Below are positions 26,840 through 43,037 of a stretch of 64,000 bases of DNA, piece by piece. The stretch comes from Octopus vulgaris (lineage: Eukaryota): NCBI GenBank assembly GCA_951406725.2, contig OX597833.1:14446001-14510000 (forward strand), read 5' to 3'. The translations under genes and the position numbers were made by a program. The notes under the pieces are model-generated. The model had not been told where the DNA came from, ran no database searches, and was given only the letters and a program-made list of their open reading frames with translations. Each line of letters begins with the position of its first letter. The stretch's first letter is position 1.

Positions 26840-27545
26840 TGTGAGCTGGCAGAATCGTCTTTCCGTAAGACGGTGAGCTAGCAGAACCCCTGGCACGCCG
26901 GGCAAAATGTTTAGCGGCATTTCTGTCCGTCTTTCCGTAAGGTGGTGATATAACAGGAACGTTAGTACGTCGGGCCAAATGCTTAGAGGTATTTCGTCTG
27001 TCTACGTCCTGAGTTCAAATTCCGCCAAGGTCGACTTTCCCTTTTCATTCTTTAAGAGTTCGATGAATTAAGTACCAGTTACTGAGGTCGATCTAATCGA
27101 ATGGCCGCCTCAACATTAATTTTGAGCCTTGTGTGTAGAGTAGAAAAGATTCCATAGCATGCTGGGAAAACTGTTCCGCTGCATTTTGTCCGTTTTTACG
27201 TTCTGAGTTCAAATTCCGCCGAGGTCGATTTTGTCATCCCACTCTTTCCATTTCAGTACTCCCACCAAATTCCAGGCCTTTTACGTTTAATGGAAAAGTT
27301 GATTTAGACCTTCGTATAAGGGGGCAAGCTCCCAGAACCGGTAGCATGCCTAAAAAAAAACAACAATTAGCTGCATTTCGATCGTATTTGCGTTCTGGGT
27401 TCAAATCTTGCCGAAGTCGACTTGGCCTTTCGTCCTTTCATTAAAATAAGTACTAGTTGAGCACTGCGGTGGGAGGAGTCGATGTAATCGACTTAACCCT
27501 GCCTCGAAATTGCTGGCTTTGTGCCAAAATTTGAAGCCAGTGTTT
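26840..27545 (+). mobile_element. Cluster of diverged SINE B-related copies
   Basis: Three TG(A/G)GTTCAAAT..GCC.AG.TCGA blocks plus reiterated heads. Confidence 0.7.
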
Positions 27546-27860
27546 AGGCCTACCTAAGCCTTCACAGAATATGCTTTTTCCAACAGCAGGAATCGTGTCG
27601 TAGTTGTTCTAGTGGCAAGAGAATGAATCTTCCAGAAGTAGTCTTGTGCGAGAAAAGATTTGTAGTGCTAGTCTCGTGATAATTGTGCAAATGAGTTGCT
27701 GATGCGTTCCTTCAAATGATTTATGTCTTTTATCTCTCCGCGATACATCATTTAATTTAATTTAATTCTGGGATGAGAAGCAAGCTTCTTACAACACAGC
27801 GATCCATAAACGTATTTGTGATCATTTATTGTATACAAGTAGATACAAATTCGTACACAC

Positions 27861-27912
<52 letters not shown>

Positions 27913-28200
27913 TCTTACTCTTTTACTTGTCTCAGTCATTTGACTGCGGCCATGCTGGAGCACCGCCTTTAGTCGAACTAGCTAAACTGAACGAAAGGAT
28001 GATGACTTGCCATCTCATTCCGTTGGTATATGATTTGTTTAAATTATATTTATAAGGTCCTTTTGTGTGAGAGAGAGAGAATGCATAATATTTGTATGTT
28101 GGCTGCTATAATTAGCAAATAGATTGACTTTGGAGATGTTCCCTCTCCCATCTTATTCATTCTCTTGATGTATTGCTGTTCTTTAACCATTTTTATACCT

Positions 28201-28424
28201 ATTTCTTTACTACCCACAAGGGGCTAAACACACAGGGGACAAACAAGGACAGACACGCGGATTAAGTCCATTACATCGACCCTAGTGCGTAACTGGTACT
28301 TAATTTATCGACCCCGAAAGGATGAAAGTTTACCTCGGCGGAATTTGAACTCAGAACGTAACGGCAGACGAAATACCGCTAGGAATTTCGCCCGGCGTGC
28401 TAACGATTCTGCCAGCTTGCCGCC
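28201..28424 (-). mobile_element. SINE B with 17-bp TSD
   Basis: Flanks TTAACCATTTTTATACC / TTAACCACTTTTATACC. Confidence 0.9.
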
Positions 28425-29107
28425 TTAACCACTTTTATACCAACTCATCTGAAACATCCATCGGTTGTATGATACAACCCCCGCTTTTAAAACTGTTAAT
28501 TAGAATTCCAAGCTAATTTATGTTCCTAACACCTGCATAATAATGACACAGTTATATTACTAAATATTTCCTTATTTTCAATACTAAATGAAACAAAAGC
28601 AGTGTGTTTCAATAAGAATATTATAGCAAAAGAGTTAAATTATATAAGTGGAATCATTTGTGAAAGAGAAGATGTAATTTCTGAATATTTGGCTGCTATA
28701 TCTAACATATAAATCGACCCTACGTGAGCGGGCTAAAAAGTCCCTAGGCTGACTATAAATAATTGATGTTACAGGTGTGATCCCTCATTATCCCATTCAG
28801 TTGGTACAGATAAAAACTGTGGTTTAAATTGTGATAGAGCAGTCTTTTGCGAGAGATTAAAAAAAAACACGTAATTTTATTTGGCTGCTATATCTAGCAG
28901 CAAGGTGGACCGTGGAGAGGATATTCTGTTATATCATTGGAATGGTGAGCTGCTGTTTGTGTAGTCTGAGTGCATTGAAGCAGCATATCACTAGAGTAGA
29001 ACTGTCTCTCGAATGGGATGGAAGAAACGTGTTTCAACACCTCGGGTGTAATGGAGCAGATAATATAAAATAATGGAGTATAAATGGAGTATAAATACAC
29101 TGGCACG

Positions 29108-29178
<71 letters not shown>

Positions 29179-29199
29179 ACACACAGACACACACACACA

Positions 29200-29237
<38 letters not shown>

Positions 29238-29320
29238 TATATTTCCATACATGTATGTAAATATATGTAACATGGGCACATACATAGATACATGCATACA
29301 TACATGCATACATACATACG

Positions 29321-29990
<670 letters not shown>

Positions 29991-30009
29991 CACTCCTGTC
30001 ACAATCTGA

Positions 30010-30049
30010 GACCTTGAAGACTGCTTTAATACAAGAAAGTATACTAGTC
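30010..30049 (+). ncRNA. Hammerhead-like motif in a ~120-bp insert between (TA)n tracts
   Basis: GAC-(C)TTGAAGA-CTG ctttaata CAA-GAAA-GTATAC-TA-GTC; stem III palindrome AGTATACT; stem II weak. Confidence 0.45.
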
Positions 30050-30280
30050 CCTTAATATTTGATATTCAATATTTCATCTATTCAATACGACAATCAATAC
30101 TTCATTTCATTTTACTATATATATATATTATTTATACTATATATTCTATATTCTACATTAATATTATAAAGAATATAAATAAAACATAAAAAGCAGACAG
30201 AATTGGAATTTCTTTGAATAATATATATCCCTCTATACACAATTATACAAACCCCTTTATATATATATATATATATATGT

Positions 30281-30475
30281 AGGTCCCGGGTTGATTCGGG
30301 GTTAACCACAGTAAATAAGGTACTCAATACATAGCAGAGTAAAATTAATTTATTATATAGAAGGAGCTTCTACAGGACTAGAACTGTTTCATTCAAGAGA
30401 AATCTTCAGGAAGCCCTGAAGATTTCTCTTGAATGAAACAGTTCTAGTCCTGTAGAAGCTCCTTCTATATAATAA

Positions 30476-30477
<2 letters not shown>
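30281..30477. mobile_element. PLE-like fold-back insertion in (TA)n with HHR-like cores
   Basis: Perfect 63-bp arms 30348-30410 / 30415-30477, spacer AAGC, 67-nt tail; CTGAAGA-tTTC tctt GAAt-GAAA-CAG-TT at 30416-30443 and mirrored on -. Confidence 0.75.
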
Positions 30478-30536
<59 letters not shown>

Positions 30537-30777
30537 CACTCATGCTGCACACAAGACAAAAAAAAACAAGCAATAGTCGAGAGCATGAAGTAGGATACTA
30601 AGCTTCATATTCCAGTGTTTTACAAGGCTAAGATCGATTCTTTCCACACAACAATGAATAAATGATCAAACGCTGATATAGATTTATATATTTACTAAAT
30701 GTGCTCAAGCAAAAAATTCTCAGGAAATTTGAAACGAAAGCTAACTCTCATAGATAATTATTCTATTCTATTATATA

Positions 30778-30869
<92 letters not shown>

Positions 30870-30876
30870 ATTATAT

Positions 30877-30977
<101 letters not shown>

Positions 30978-30978
30978 G

Positions 30979-31023
<45 letters not shown>

Positions 31024-31084
31024 GTATATATATATATGTATATATATGTATATATATATATATGTATATATATATGTGTATATA

Positions 31085-31125
<41 letters not shown>

Positions 31126-31162
31126 TTATATATTTATATATATATATTTATTTTATTTGTGT

Positions 31163-31193
<31 letters not shown>

Positions 31194-31220
31194 TATATAT
31201 GTATATATATATATATATAC

Positions 31221-31291
<71 letters not shown>

Positions 31292-31306
31292 ACAACACAC
31301 ACACAC

Positions 31307-31349
<43 letters not shown>

Positions 31350-31817
31350 TGTTGTCATCTACGCATGTGTTTTGAAGATCAGTGATGTTGACAAAATTAT
31401 CTTTTGTGGCCTATTTTATGCATTCTGTTGGTACTTAAAGTTATCTAGTCAACAAAGCAGAGGATGAAAGATTACATATCGACTAAAAATCAGTCAGGTA
31501 CTGAAAACTAAGCGAACTTTTTATCCACCGTCATTACTGGAAAAACGTTTGAAAAAAATGTCGGTTGGTAAAGAAAAGCAATAAAATATATGAAACAAAT
31601 AAAGAGAGCTTATCTTTCCAGATATGACGTTAATCTGTTGTAGATTAATGTTCATTGGACGATTTTCAGGTTGGAAATACAAGTAAATATGGAATTCTCA
31701 CACATCGGTGTATGTGTGTAGGTAAGAAGCTATAGATGCAGGCATGGCTGTGTGGTTAAGAAGGTTGTTTTTATAACCTATTATGTTACAAAAAAAAAAA
31801 AATGTATATGTATAATA

Positions 31818-32135
31818 GGCGCAGGAGTGGCTACCAACCACATAGTTCCGGGTTCAGTCCCACTGCGTGGCACCTTGGGCAAGTGTCTCCTACTATAGCC
31901 TCGGGCCGACCAAAGCCTTGTGAGTGGATTTGGTAGACGGAAACTGAAAGAAGCCTGTCGTATATATGTATATTTATGTATGTGTGTGTCTATGTTTGTG
32001 TATCTGTGTTTGTCCCCCCAACATCGCTTGACAACCGATGCTGGTGTGTTTACGTCCCGTAACTTAGCAGTTCGGCAAAATGACCGATATAATAAGTACT
32101 AGGTTTACAAAGAATAAGTAAAAGAGAGTAAAGAG
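31818..32135 (+). mobile_element. SINE A with deletions
   Basis: Colinear match to other copies. Confidence 0.85.
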
Positions 32136-32139
32136 TATG

Positions 32140-32171
<32 letters not shown>

Positions 32172-32437
32172 CATGTGTTTGCGTGCGTGTGTGTCTATGT
32201 GTGTGCGCGCCTATGTGTGTGTTTGTGTGTGTGTGTTTCACGACCCGACTGGCATTCGACAACCGGGATTGGTTTTTTAATGCCCTTGTAACTTAGCAAA
32301 TCATCAATAGAGAGATCGATAGTCCCAGACTTAAAATCAAAAGTGCCGGGGTCCATATTTTTTGCGAGAATTCTTCAACACGTTGCTCCAGCATGACCGC
32401 AGTCCGATGAATTAAAGTCAACAAAAGCGAAAGAAGA

Positions 32438-32699
32438 TACCCATTTCTTTATTGCCCACAAGGGGCTAAACATAGAAGGGACAAACAAGGACAGACATAG
32501 GTATTAAGTCGATTACATCGATCCCAGTGCGTAACTGGTACTTTAATTTATCGACGCCGAAAGGATGAAAGGCAATGTCGACCTCGGCGGAATTTGAACT
32601 CACAACGTAAAGACAGACGAAATACGGCTGCGCATTTCGCCCGGCGTGCTAACGTTTCTGCCAGCGCTGCCAACACTTCCTCCTCGACACACTTATAAA

Positions 32700-32757
<58 letters not shown>

Positions 32758-33195
32758 TCTTTTTACTCTTTACTCTTTTACTTGTTTCAGTCATTTGACT
32801 GCGGCCATGCTGGAGCACCGCCTTTAGTCGAGCAAATCAACCCCGGGACTTATTCTTTTTGTAAGCCCAGTACTTATTCTATCGGTCTCTTTTTTGCCGA
32901 ACCGCTAGGTGACGGGGACATAAACACACCAGCGTCGGTTGTCGAGCAATGCTAGGGAGACAAATACAGACACACAAACCCCCCCCCCCCCATACACACA
33001 CACACACACATATATATATATAAATACATATATACGACAGGCTTCTTTCAGTTTCCGTCTACCAAATCCACTCACAAAGCATTGGTCGGCCCGAGGCTAT
33101 AGCAAAAGACACTTGCCCAAGATGCCACGCAGTGGGACTGAACCCGGAACCATGTGGTTGGTTAGCAAGCTACTTACCACACAGCCACTCCTGCG

Positions 33196-33198
<3 letters not shown>
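32438..33198 (-). mobile_element. SINE B (32438-32670) and full-length SINE A (32757-33198)
   Basis: Reverse-complement matches. Confidence 0.9.
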
Positions 33199-33243
<45 letters not shown>

Positions 33244-33385
33244 CATTGGTTTATTTATTAACACTGTTTATTATAAACTTCGGAAGATTATTTGCTTTTA
33301 AACAACTCTCATTATAATCACCGTTTCATTTATTTCCCCACCTTTGTATTTCCAATGGAAAAAACTATCACTCTTGCACACCTAC

Positions 33386-33605
<220 letters not shown>

Positions 33606-34549
33606 ATATATATATATATATACTACATATTCTATCTTCTTCCATGAGTGATTCTATTCTTATTTTCATATTCAGATTGAGAAATTCATTACGTAAATTC
33701 CTCTCCGCATGCATATCGATGTAAACGTATTTTCTTAGCGCCGCTTCTATCTCCAGTAGAAATCTTTTCGCCTTCCAAATCTACTTCAATATTTTTACTT
33801 CGCTTCATTTTATTTTTTTTTTTTTCTGCGCGTGATTCTGTTTAATTTCATAATTTCTTTACAATCTGTTTTATTCTATTCACATTAATATATTCTTTCA
33901 GAAACATTTATCTCTGTATTTATTTTTTTCATAATATCTCAGTCAGTTTCTTTTCAGAACTATTAAGCCGCTACATTTTATCTATTATAATTTCTGTTTT
34001 GCGTATTCTGCAATAAAATATCATTATATAGATTAACTTACATTTTTTTTTGACTATCATTATTACTGCTTCGTTAAGTCAATCTCTAAATTTATTCCCT
34101 TCATTACTACTTTTAATTTACTTTACTGCGCCAATGCATCTATAAACATTTTTCAAATTCACTGAGTAATTCACTACAATGTATGGCTAAACATTTAAGA
34201 TCGTACTCTTAACTCAACTACTCATATTATTAAACAATAGTATTTCCTTGATCAAATCTGACAGTTTGTTATTTTCAATTTATAGCTTTTCTCTTTTGAT
34301 TTATATTTACGAGTTCCATCAGAATTTACAAACAATAACAACCCTTGTTTATATAAGATGTCTGCACATTATTTTACAGAACTAGTTTTACGTTCATGTT
34401 AACAGGATGTTTCAACATTTAAATGTTCAGCTCTGTCAACTTGTTTTTTTAACTTGCACTAGATATTTCCTTTCACAGTACTGATATACTTGTATAATTA
34501 CTTACGATTGCAAGCTGTTGTGTGTGTATGTGTGGGTTATACGTGTGTG

Positions 34550-34995
34550 TGTATGTATGTATGTATGTATGTATGTATGTATGTATGTATGTATGTATGT
34601 ATGTATGTATGTATGTATGTATGTATGCAGGTATGCATGCATGCATGCATGTATGTATGTATGTATGCATGTATGTATGTATGTATGCATACATACATGT
34701 ATGTATGTATGTATGTATGTATGTATGTATGTATGCATGTATGTATGTATGTATGTATGTATGCATACATACATGTATGTATGTATGTATGTATGTATGA
34801 ATGTATGTATATATGTATGTATGTATGCATGTATGTATGTATGTATGCATGCATACATACATGTATGTATGTATGTATGTATGTATGAATGTATGTATAT
34901 ATGTATGTATGTATGCATGTATGTATGTATGTATGTATGTATGTATGCATGCATACATACATGTATGTATGTATGTATGTATGCATGCATGCATG

Positions 34996-35029
<34 letters not shown>

Positions 35030-35330
35030 TGTATGTATGCATACATACATGTATGTATGTATGTATGTATGTATGCATGTATGTATGTATGTATGTATGC
35101 ATGTATGTATGTGTGTATGCATGTATGTATGTATGTATGTATGTATGTATGTATGCATACATACATGTATGTATGTATGTATGCATGCATGCATGTATGT
35201 ATGTATGTATGTATGTATGTATGTATGTATGTATGCATGCATGCATGTATGTATGTATGTATGTATGTATGTATGTATGTATGTATGTATGTATGTATGT
35301 ATGCATGTATGTATGCATGCATGTATGTAT
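34550..35330. repeat. ~780-bp (TATG)n array with CATG/CATA variants
   Basis: Direct reading; source of the long MYVC/HTYI ORFs. Confidence 0.95.
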
Positions 35331-35399
35331 TATAGACACGCAAGCTGGCGCAGGCATGGCTCTGTGGCAAAATTTGAAAACATTACTTCAACCGTTACA

Positions 35400-35820
35400 A
35401 AGGTGGCGAGTTGGAAGTATCGCTAGCAAGTCGGTCAAAAGGCTTAGCGGCATTTTGTCTGTCTATATGTTCTGGGCTTAAATTTTGTCGAGGTCAACTT
35501 TGCCTTTCATCCTTTCGGGATCGATAAATTAAGTACCAGTCAAGTACTCGGGTCGATGTGAACGACTATCTCCTCTCCACAAATTCCCGGTCTTGTGCGT
35601 ATAGTTCGATAGGTGGCGAGCTGGTAGAAGGTAGTCGGGAAAAATGCTTAGCCGAATTTCCTACGCTTTGAGTTCAAATTCCGTCGAAGTCGACTTTGCT
35701 TTCCCCCCTTTTCGGGTGGATAAAACAAACTACAAGCTGAACACTGGGTTCCGTGTAATCGACTAATCTGTCTCCTCAAAATGACTAGCCTTGTGCCGCA
35801 ATAAGAAAGGATTATTTTAG
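35400..35820 (+). mobile_element. Two diverged SINE B-related copies
   Basis: AGGTGGCGAG heads at 35401 and 35611; CTTTGCCTTTCATCCTTTCGGGATCGATAAA. Confidence 0.7.
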
Positions 35821-35962
35821 TCGTTATTCTGTCAAGGTGTTTCGAGGAAAATGCACCTTGTTTTTTACCCATAATGCAATGCGTGAGAGATACGGTTCAG
35901 CGTTTCTATTGTATAGTGTTATATGATGCTTTTACAATTGTAAAATTCTCTCATTCTCTCCT

Positions 35963-36055
<93 letters not shown>

Positions 36056-36096
36056 ATATGGAGAAAAAGAGAAACGGAGAGTGTGAGTGAGAGAAA

Positions 36097-36131
<35 letters not shown>

Positions 36132-36305
36132 GCATATGTGTATGTAAATTCATGCATCCACAATCATCTTAACGCATGCACAAATTATGTATGTTCGTGT
36201 GTCTTATGTGTGTATATGTGCCTGTATTCACTTGCATAAATAAGCATGTGCAAATGCACAAATGCATATGTATATGCATCTGCGTGCGTATATGTATCAT
36301 TACGT

Positions 36306-36385
<80 letters not shown>

Positions 36386-37548
36386 GCGCTTGTGCGTGAA
36401 AGATAGTTTAGTAAAACATAACAATAGAATAACACAGAAACTGAAGCTGAATACAGATAAACAAGTAATCAGACTCATACCCGAAGTCAAAGAATGACTG
36501 CCAAAGCAAAAAAAAAAAAAAAAAAGGAAGAAAGAAAAAAGAAAAAGAAAAAGAAAAAAGTGAGAAAGAAGGAGAATAACGCTCGAGAAAAGTAATTTCA
36601 ATAGAAAGCAATAAGAAGATCACTGAGCATAATATCAAAGAAAGGAACCGAAGCAAGTCGAAAAAGCATTTCAGAAATGGAGCATATACTGGACCGAAAC
36701 ATCGAAATAGGAAAAAAATATCCCGCATGACAAAATGGCGCTGTGATGAACAACAGCAGCAGAGTTGCACAATGTGATCATAATGCAAACATCGAATTAA
36801 CAATTGATTCAATGAAAACCACATTGATCGAGTTATGCTTTGTGTGAGTATTTCTTTTGTCACCGGCAGGTTTTCGTTTTTTTTTATTGACCTTTTATCT
36901 TCAGTATCTTAGTTTTTTATTTTACTGTTCTGTCTTGTTGAATCTCACCTTGTTCAGTTCGTAAAATATGTTCGGTCATGTTTTTATTTATTTCTCTCTG
37001 TCTCTCTCTCAATTTTATGCATTATATTCTCTCTCCTGTTTTTTCGTGAGTGATTTAGCTGTGTGTCTATCTCGATTACGATCAAGCACAGTTTGTTTCG
37101 ACACTACAACAGCTGATGTACGACACAGATCATTCTATAGAATCCTTTCATTTACATGTATTTTATTGCCTCAAGTAGAATTTCCTGTTAGGCCGTATTA
37201 TATTCGTTTCTGCTTTCGTAAACCAGATTATCCTTTCCAAGACTGCAACGAATTTTTAATCTGATACGTAGCCATAGATTATCAGATATTTTCTTCTAGT
37301 TCCTATATTATTTTACTTAGATCCTTCTACGTCATACGACTTCTCGGTCTCATGTGAACCATGTTGTATATTCGGTCCTCGATTGTTATTAGCCCCGGGC
37401 CACACATTGGTTATCGCTGTGTATTTCACTGTATACTTCTGTTATCTTTTTTAGGAGTTATTCATATCCCCCCCCACAAGGTGCTAAATTAGCATAGTTG
37501 CAGGAAAGTATGACTAGCAGAATATCTCACAGTATTTGTTGCATCTCA

Positions 37549-38070
37549 AACAAGGACAGACAAACGGATTAAGTAGATTATATCGACCCCAGTGCGTAAC
37601 TGGTACTTAATTTATTGACCCCGAAAGGATGAAAGGCAGAGTCGACCTCGGTGGAATTTGAACTCAAAACGTAACGGCAGACGAAATACCTATTTCTTTT
37701 CTACCCACAAAGGGCTAAACACAGAGGGGACAAACAAGGATAGACAAACGGATTAAGTCGATTATATCGACCCCAGTTCGTAAATGGTACTTAATTTATC
37801 AACCCCGAAAGGATGAAAGGCAAAGTCGACCTCGGCGGAATTTGAACTCAGAACGTAACGCTTGACTTAACTTTAATTATAATTATTATTTCTTGAGGTG
37901 AAGGCGCTGAGCTTGCAGAATCCTTAGCGCCGCCAGAGAAATGCTTAACGGTATTTTTCCTGTCACTAGGTTCTGAGTTCAATTTCCGCCGAGGTCGATT
38001 TTATTTTTCATCGTTCTGGGGTCGATAAAAATAAGTACCAGTTGAACACTGGGATCGATATAATCAACTA
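37549..38070. mobile_element. SINE B dimer on - (37549-37860) and diverged copy on + (37901-38070)
   Basis: Junction GACGAAATACCTATTTC at about 37680. Confidence 0.85.
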
Positions 38071-38291
38071 AGACAAAATTATGAAAACATAAAATTACAA
38101 AACGAATACAAAAAAGGTCAGTAAAATTTATTCAACCAATAATATAACTGCAGTGAAATGCTAAAGTAAAAATAACAGACAACTAAACAAAACAGAACAC
38201 AACAAAAAAAAAATTATAAAAAAAAAACAGAAGTCAGAATTTACCTGTATAAGACGTTTACGTGTAACGATGCTGCTGATCAGAGTTATAT

Positions 38292-38680
38292 GGTGGAAGC
38301 ACTCCGTCGGTTACGACGACGAGGGTTCCGGTTGATCCGATCAACGGAACAGCCTGCTCGTGAAATTAACGTGTAAGTAGCTGAGCACTCCACAGACACG
38401 TGTACCCTTAACGTAGTTCTCGGGGATATTCAGCGTGACACAGAGAGTGACAAGGCCGGCCCTTTGAAATACAGGTACAACAGAAACAGGAAGTAAGAGT
38501 GAGCGAAAGTTGTGGTGAAAGAGTACAGCAGGGATCACCACCATCCCCTGCCGGAGCCTCGTGGAGCTTTAGGTGTTTTCGCTCAATAAAAACTCACAAC
38601 TCCCGGTCTGGGATCGAAACAGCGATCCTACGACCGCGAGTCCGCTGCCCTAACCACTGGGCCATTGCGCCTCCACTTGG
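38292..38680 (-). mobile_element. SINE C, full length
   Basis: Near-identical to 18150-18529; TSD GAGTTATAT (38283-38291 / 38681-38689). Confidence 0.9.
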
Positions 38681-38886
38681 GAGTTATATACCGCTCTTAT
38701 CTCATCAGAAAAACTGTGCCTGATAGAAGGAAACGGATTACGTTTTTGAAATCCGTGGACTAAACTACATATAAAACACCATATAATATCCCTGATGAAA
38801 ATTGGCTGTTGACCAGTGTTATTCATCGATTTGTACCTGTTCGTTGTGTCCTCTCTCACGATTATCATTATATACACATTTAGTTC

Positions 38887-40138
<1,252 letters not shown>

Positions 40139-40171
40139 CATATCTTATATATGTGCGCATATATATACATA

Positions 40172-40270
40172 CACATAAATGCGAAACAGGAAAACGAGGT
40201 GGAATAATATGGTTTTATTAAAGCCTCAAAACCTTCACAAGACTGTCACTTACAGTTTCACGTTCCTGTT
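40172..40270 (-). mobile_element. Truncated relative of the 51890-52115 HHR element (3' half of HHR only)
   Basis: Minus strand AACGTGAAACTGTAAGTGACAG...AATAAAACCATATTATTCCACC..TGTTTCGCATTTATGTGT parallels 51990-52106. Confidence 0.55.
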
Positions 40271-40742
40271 TGAGGGACAGTCGTGATGAAATCCTTTTGA
40301 TATATGTAATATGTAATATAATATGATATGATATAATTCAATTCAATTCAATTATAAAGCATTTGAACTTGATTCGGTGGCTGATTAAAAAAATATGATG
40401 GTGTAGTTTTCGTTACAATTTGGATGGTTGTGGGATGTAAAGACTAACAGAAAATATCAATGTAAATATAAATATATTATGATAAGATCGAAAATAAAAG
40501 CAGAGGTGTATGGATATCAAGAAAATAATTAATTAATACTTAGTAATTAAATTGAAAGAAGAGGATATCAAGCTGGGTGGCAAAAGTGAGATTATATAAA
40601 AAATTATTAATTGGAATTACGAGTCAAGAGGTAAAATATATAAATACACATAAAGACAAATACGAATATATATATATGTATAGACACATACATATACATA
40701 CACACACAGAGGCACACACATATATGCATATAAATGTGCGTG

Positions 40743-40796
<54 letters not shown>

Positions 40797-41230
40797 CATA
40801 TATACCTCAATACACGCAGAACACAGTCACATAGCACACATATTACACGCACATATACAGACACGTACGAATATATATATATATATACCTATACACACAT
40901 GTGTACATACAACTACAGTGTATATACATTCATATAAATTCGCAAGTGAAAGAAGGAAAAAGAAAAAAAAAGAGGAGAAATGATGATAGTGATAGTGTGA
41001 GATGTGTATGTGTGTAGGGCGTGAGTATGTGTGCGTGTGTATGTTTGTAGGCGAAAGTTATCTTTGTGTATGCGTGTTGCGTGTGTGTGTATACATTGTC
41101 TGTGTTGAACTATTGTTTGCTTGTGTGGGTGTGGATGTGTGCATGTGCCTGTGTGGTGTGTGTACTGAGTTAAACAATGTGTGTGGATGCTTGTATAGTC
41201 ATATGTGTGATGGTGGTCTTGAAGATTTTT

Positions 41231-41462
41231 ATTTCTTTACTACCCACAAGGGGCTGAACACAGAGGAGACAAGCAAGAACAGTCAAACGGATTAAGTCGA
41301 TTATATCGACCCCAGTGCGTAACTGGTACTTAATTTATCGACCCCGAAAGGATGAAAGGCAAAGTCGACCTCGGCGGAATTTGAACTCAGAACGTAACGG
41401 CAGACGAAATACTGCTAAGCATTTCGCCCGGCGTGCTAACGATTCTGCCAGCTCGCCGCCTT
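41231..41462 (-). mobile_element. SINE B, full length
   Basis: Reverse-complement match. Confidence 0.9.
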
Positions 41463-41749
41463 GATGATTCTGTGTGGGTGTGTGGATAATGGTATGTAGT
41501 GTAGGGGCTGAGAAGTGGTCGGTACTAGTGAGTGGGGAATGGGAAAGTGTTGTGGGAAGGTGTGGAAAGGTGTTGTGGGTGTGTGGGTAATGGTGTATGA
41601 AGTGGTAGATGAGCTGAAAAGTGTGTATGGGTGGTTGCATAGTGGTGCATGTTTAGTGAGGATACCGAAGTAGGCGGTATACAGATGCGTACGTGGAGGG
41701 GACAGTTGAATGTGAGATGTGTGTGAGAATCCGTGTGGGGTTGGTGTCA

Positions 41750-42500
41750 GATGAAGAGAGGAAGTGATTTGAGTTCATGTTGCGCCAGGGGTGAAGAGAG
41801 AAGATTAGTAACTGTTCACGGTGAAGGCGGGAGTCTGGGTGGCACCTATGCAGAGACAGTACCAACCCGGACAAATGTTGTAGCAAATGATCAATATCGC
41901 ATAAGGGGAGCGAGACCAGAGTGTCATTGCCAAGTCTTATATCTCGGAGGTGTTCCGTGAAACGGTCAGCTAAGGGCAGAACAGCAGAAGGAGCAGGAGT
42001 TGCAGTAAATAACCTTGCTAGAAGTGAATGTAAAGGAATTGATGATATGATAGGGCAATGATGGGTTCCTATGAGTATGGTGCTGTTTGGAGAGGTACGG
42101 GTAAGTGCGTCAGCGTGGGCGGGAGCAGGGAAACGACACAGGTTGGGAGGTGGGCTTAGGAAAGAAACTATGGCCCAAGATGTCATGCAGGTATTGGGCG
42201 CATTTGAAGGAGGGAAGGGGTATGTTGGGGAGGATGTGCGAGGTGTACGGGTCGGATTGGAGTCGCTGGAAGGGTCGGTGAACGGTGTGGTGGGTGAGGG
42301 GAAACGGGAGACTGGTACGGGGAAAAAGAGCAGACGAACGGTTCACAGACTGTACCCGAACAAGGGAATGTTGATAATAGTGGGTGGGAGGATATGCACG
42401 AAGGATGAAGTGGCGAGCCGGGAGTTGAGACTGAGTCTCAAAATCATTGTCCTCACTGCAGAGGATGGAGTGCTTCTTGTGGGAAGGTTGGGAGGATGAG
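41750..42500 (-). pseudogene. Decayed Penelope-like element (Neptune-type) ORF: RT C-terminal region, Cys linker, GIY-YIG endonuclease
   Basis: Frameshifted minus-strand peptides in order: LCSEDNDFETQSQLPARHFILRAYP; RLQSDPYTSHILPNIPLPSFK..LHDILGHS; FPCSRPR*RT; FTFTSSKVIYCNSCSFC; LADRFTEHLRDIR; RLHREQLLIFSL. Confidence 0.85.
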
Positions 42501-42528
42501 AAGTTAAGGTAGCAATATATATATTAGT

Positions 42529-42737
42529 ATGTGACCTCGTCTGTATCACTAGCGATTTTTTCCCCTGTTTTCCCCTCTCGGGATCTTTCCTTCTCCTATG
42601 TTTCCGACGAAGAGCTCCGCTCGAAACGTCAAACCCACCTTCTTCCCTTCTTTCCTGAGCGTCCAATAATACCTTATTTGTTCCACGTCCTTGCGTCGTT
42701 CTTTTTTTGTTTTTGTTTTCTTGTTTGGATTAACTTT
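42529..42737 (+). mobile_element. Family D copy 2 (HHR 42600-42634), inverted relative to and abutting the PLE ORF 5' end
   Basis: GTTT-CCGACGA-A-GAGC tcc GCTC-GAAA-CG-TC-AAAC. Confidence 0.8.
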
Positions 42738-42758
42738 ATATATATATACCTATATATA

Positions 42759-42833
<75 letters not shown>

Positions 42834-42929
42834 TTATATACCTATACATATGCCTATCTATGTATGTATATATATATTCATACATACACACATATATATA
42901 AATATATTTATATACACCTATATATATAA

Positions 42930-42974
<45 letters not shown>

Positions 42975-42992
42975 CGTATACATATGCCTATG

Positions 42993-43037
<45 letters not shown>

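Noticed and set aside
28100-28910. Recurring TTGGCTGCTATA(T/A) motif (about 28099, 28689, 28881) as a regulatory site
   Set aside because: Probably fragments of an old dispersed repeat; no evidence of function.
34473-35481. Long MYVC/HTYI ORFs in all frames
   Set aside because: The (TATG)n array lacks stop codons; the same applies to YIYI ORFs at 30.7 and 45.8 kb.
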